Origin: Haliotis rubra
Lineage: Eukaryota
Length of the DNA: 64,000 nt
Reading direction: 5' to 3'
Assembly: GCF_003918875.1 (NCBI RefSeq)
Contig: NW_025767250.1
Span: forward strand, 310,001-374,000
Shown: positions 61,629 through 64,000 of the stretch, piece by piece
How the letters are laid out: each line of letters begins with the position of its first letter
How positions within the stretch are numbered: position 1 is the stretch's first letter
Notes under the pieces: model-generated
Told to the model about the DNA's origin: nothing
Database searches by the model: none
Seen by the model: only the letters and a program-made list of their open reading frames with translations
Position numbers and translations under genes: made by a program

Positions 61629-64000
61629 CATGTTTGTACCAAGATCAGACTCTGTAGACAGTGATTGTACCCCATGCTATCCACCCCATGTTTGTACCAA
61701 GATCAGACTTTGAAGACAGTGATTGTACCCCATGCTATCCACCCCATGTTTGTACCAAGATCAGACTTTGAAGACAGTGATTGTACCCCATGCTATCCAC
61801 CCCATGTTTGTACCAAGATCAGACTCTGTAGACAGTGATTGTACCCCATGCTATCCACCCCATGTTTGTACCAAGATCAGACTCTGTAGACAGTGATTGT
61901 ACCCCATGCTATCCACCCCATGTTTGTACCAAGATCAGACTCTGTAGACAGTGATTGTACCCCATGCTATCCACCCCATGTTTGTACCAAGATCAGACTT
62001 TGAAGACAGTGATTGTACCCCATGCTATCCACCCCATGTTTGTACCAAGATCAGACTCTGTAGACAGTGATTGTACCCCATGCTATCCACCCCATGTTTG
62101 TACCAAGATCAGACGCTGTAGACAGTGATTGTACCCCATGCTATCCACCCCATGTTTGTACCAAGATCAGACTCTGTAAACAGTGATTGTACCCCATGCT
62201 ATCCACCCCATGTTTTACCAAGATCAGACTCTGTAGACAGTGATTGTACCCCATGCTATCCACCCCATGTTTGTACCAAGATCAGACTCTGTAAACAGTG
62301 ATTGTACCCCATGCTATCCACCCCATGTTTGTACCAAGATCAGACTCTGTAGACAGTGATTGTACCCCATGCTATCCACCCCATGTTTGTACCAAGATCA
62401 GACTTTGAAGACAGTGATTGTACCCCATGCTATCCACCCCATGTTTGTACCAAGATCAGACTTTGAAGACAGTGATTGTACCCCATGCTATCCACCCCAT
62501 GTTTGTACCAAGATCAGACTTTGAAGACAGTGATTGTACCCCATGCTATCCACCCCATGTTTGTACCAAGATCAGACTCTGTAGACAGTGATTGTACCCC
62601 ATGCTATCCACCCCATGTTTGTACCAAGATCAGACTCTGTAGACAGTGATTGTACCCCATGCTATCCACCCCATGTTTGTACCAAGATCAGACTCTGTAG
62701 ACAGTGATTGTACCCCATGCTATCCACCCCATGTTTGTACCAAGATCAGACTCTGTAGACAGTGATTGTACCCCATGCTATCCACCCCATGTTTGTACCA
62801 AGATCAGACTCTGTAGACAGTGATTGTACCCCATGCTATCCACCCCATGTTTGTACCAAGATCAGACTCTGTAGACAGTGATTGTACCCCATGCTATCCA
62901 CCCCATGTTTGTACCAAGATCAGACTCTGTAGACAGTGATTGTACCCCATGCTATCCACCCCATGTTTGTACCAAGATCAGACTCTGTAGACAGTGATTG
63001 TACCCCATGCTATCCACCCCATGTTTGTACCAAGATCAGACTCTGTAGACAGTGATTGTACCCCATGCTATCCACCCCATGTTTGTACCAAGATCAGACT
63101 CTGTAGACAGTGATTGTACCCCATGCTATCCACCCCATGTTTGTACCAAGATCAGACTCTGTAGACAGTGATTGTACCCCATGCTATCCACCCCATGTTT
63201 GTACCAAGATCAGACTCTGTAGACAGTGATTGTACCCCATGCTATCCACCCCATGTTTGTACCAAGATCAGACTCTGTAGACAGTGATTGTACCCCATGC
63301 TATCCACCCCATGTTTGTACCAAGATCAGACTCTGTAGACAGTGATTGTACCCCCATGCTATCCACCCCATGTTTGTACCAAGATCAGACTCTGTAGACA
63401 GTGATTGTACCCCATGCTATCCACCCCATGTTTGTACCAAGATCAGACTCTGTAGACAGTGATTGTACCCCATGCTATCCACCCCATGTTTGTACCAAGA
63501 TCAGACTCTGTAGACAGTGATTGTACCCCATGCTATCCACCCCATGTTTGTACCAAGATCAGACTCTGTAGACAGTGATTGTACCCCATGCTATCCACCC
63601 CATGTTTGTACCAAGATCAGACCTGTAGACAGTGATTGTACCCCATGCTATCCACCCCATGTTTGTACCAAGATCAGACTCTGTAGACAGTGATTGTACC
63701 CCATGCTATCCACCCCATGTTTGTACCAAGATCAGACTCTGTAGACAGTGATTGTACCCCATGCTATCCACCCCATGTTTGTACCAAGATCAGACTCTGT
63801 AGACAGTGATTGTACCCCATGCTATCCACCCCATGTTTGTACCAAGATCAGACTCTGTAGACAGTGATTGTACCCCATGCTATCCACCCCATGTTTGTAC
63901 CAAGATCAGACTCTGTAGACAGTGATTGTACCCCATGCTATCCACCCCATGTTTGTACCAAGATCAGACTTTGAAGACAGTGATTGTACCCCATGCTATC
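61629..64000. repeat. Homogeneous mini/satellite, 58-bp unit (CATGTTTGTACCAAGATCAGACTCTGTAGACAGTGATTGTACCCCATGCTATCCACCC), ~41 copies, runs off the window
   Basis: Period 58 (61861 and 61919). Confidence 0.98.

Noticed and set aside
729-64000. Regular repeats as a CRISPR-like array
   Set aside because: Units are head-to-tail with no unique spacers, there are no cas genes, and the context is eukaryotic

Overview
This window is AT-rich, CpG-depleted, non-coding animal genomic DNA. The SINE families resemble those of molluscs, possibly abalone, but this is an inference from recognition and not from a search. No intact protein-coding gene or convincing exon is visible, and every long ORF in the track is a translation of a tandem repeat. 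About a third of the window (~22 kb) consists of roughly 14 unrelated mini/microsatellite arrays with units of 13-58 bp. The remainder carries two SINE families that share a 3' tail (one tRNA-Asp-derived, one without a tRNA head), several MITEs including a hAT element with a perfect 8-bp TSD, a ~1-kb tandem duplication, and decayed coding relics: Tc1 transposase, Crypton tyrosine recombinase, probable Polinton/Maverick minor capsid and LINE RT. The most notable observation is that the 3.6-kb 24-bp minisatellite lies inside one arm of a palindromic, head-to-head tRNA-like element. A second copy of that element at 14.6 kb carries the same 24-mer once, so the origin of the array can be read directly. 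Several scrambled stretches at array edges look like long-read consensus artefacts from heterozygous alleles rather than real sequence.
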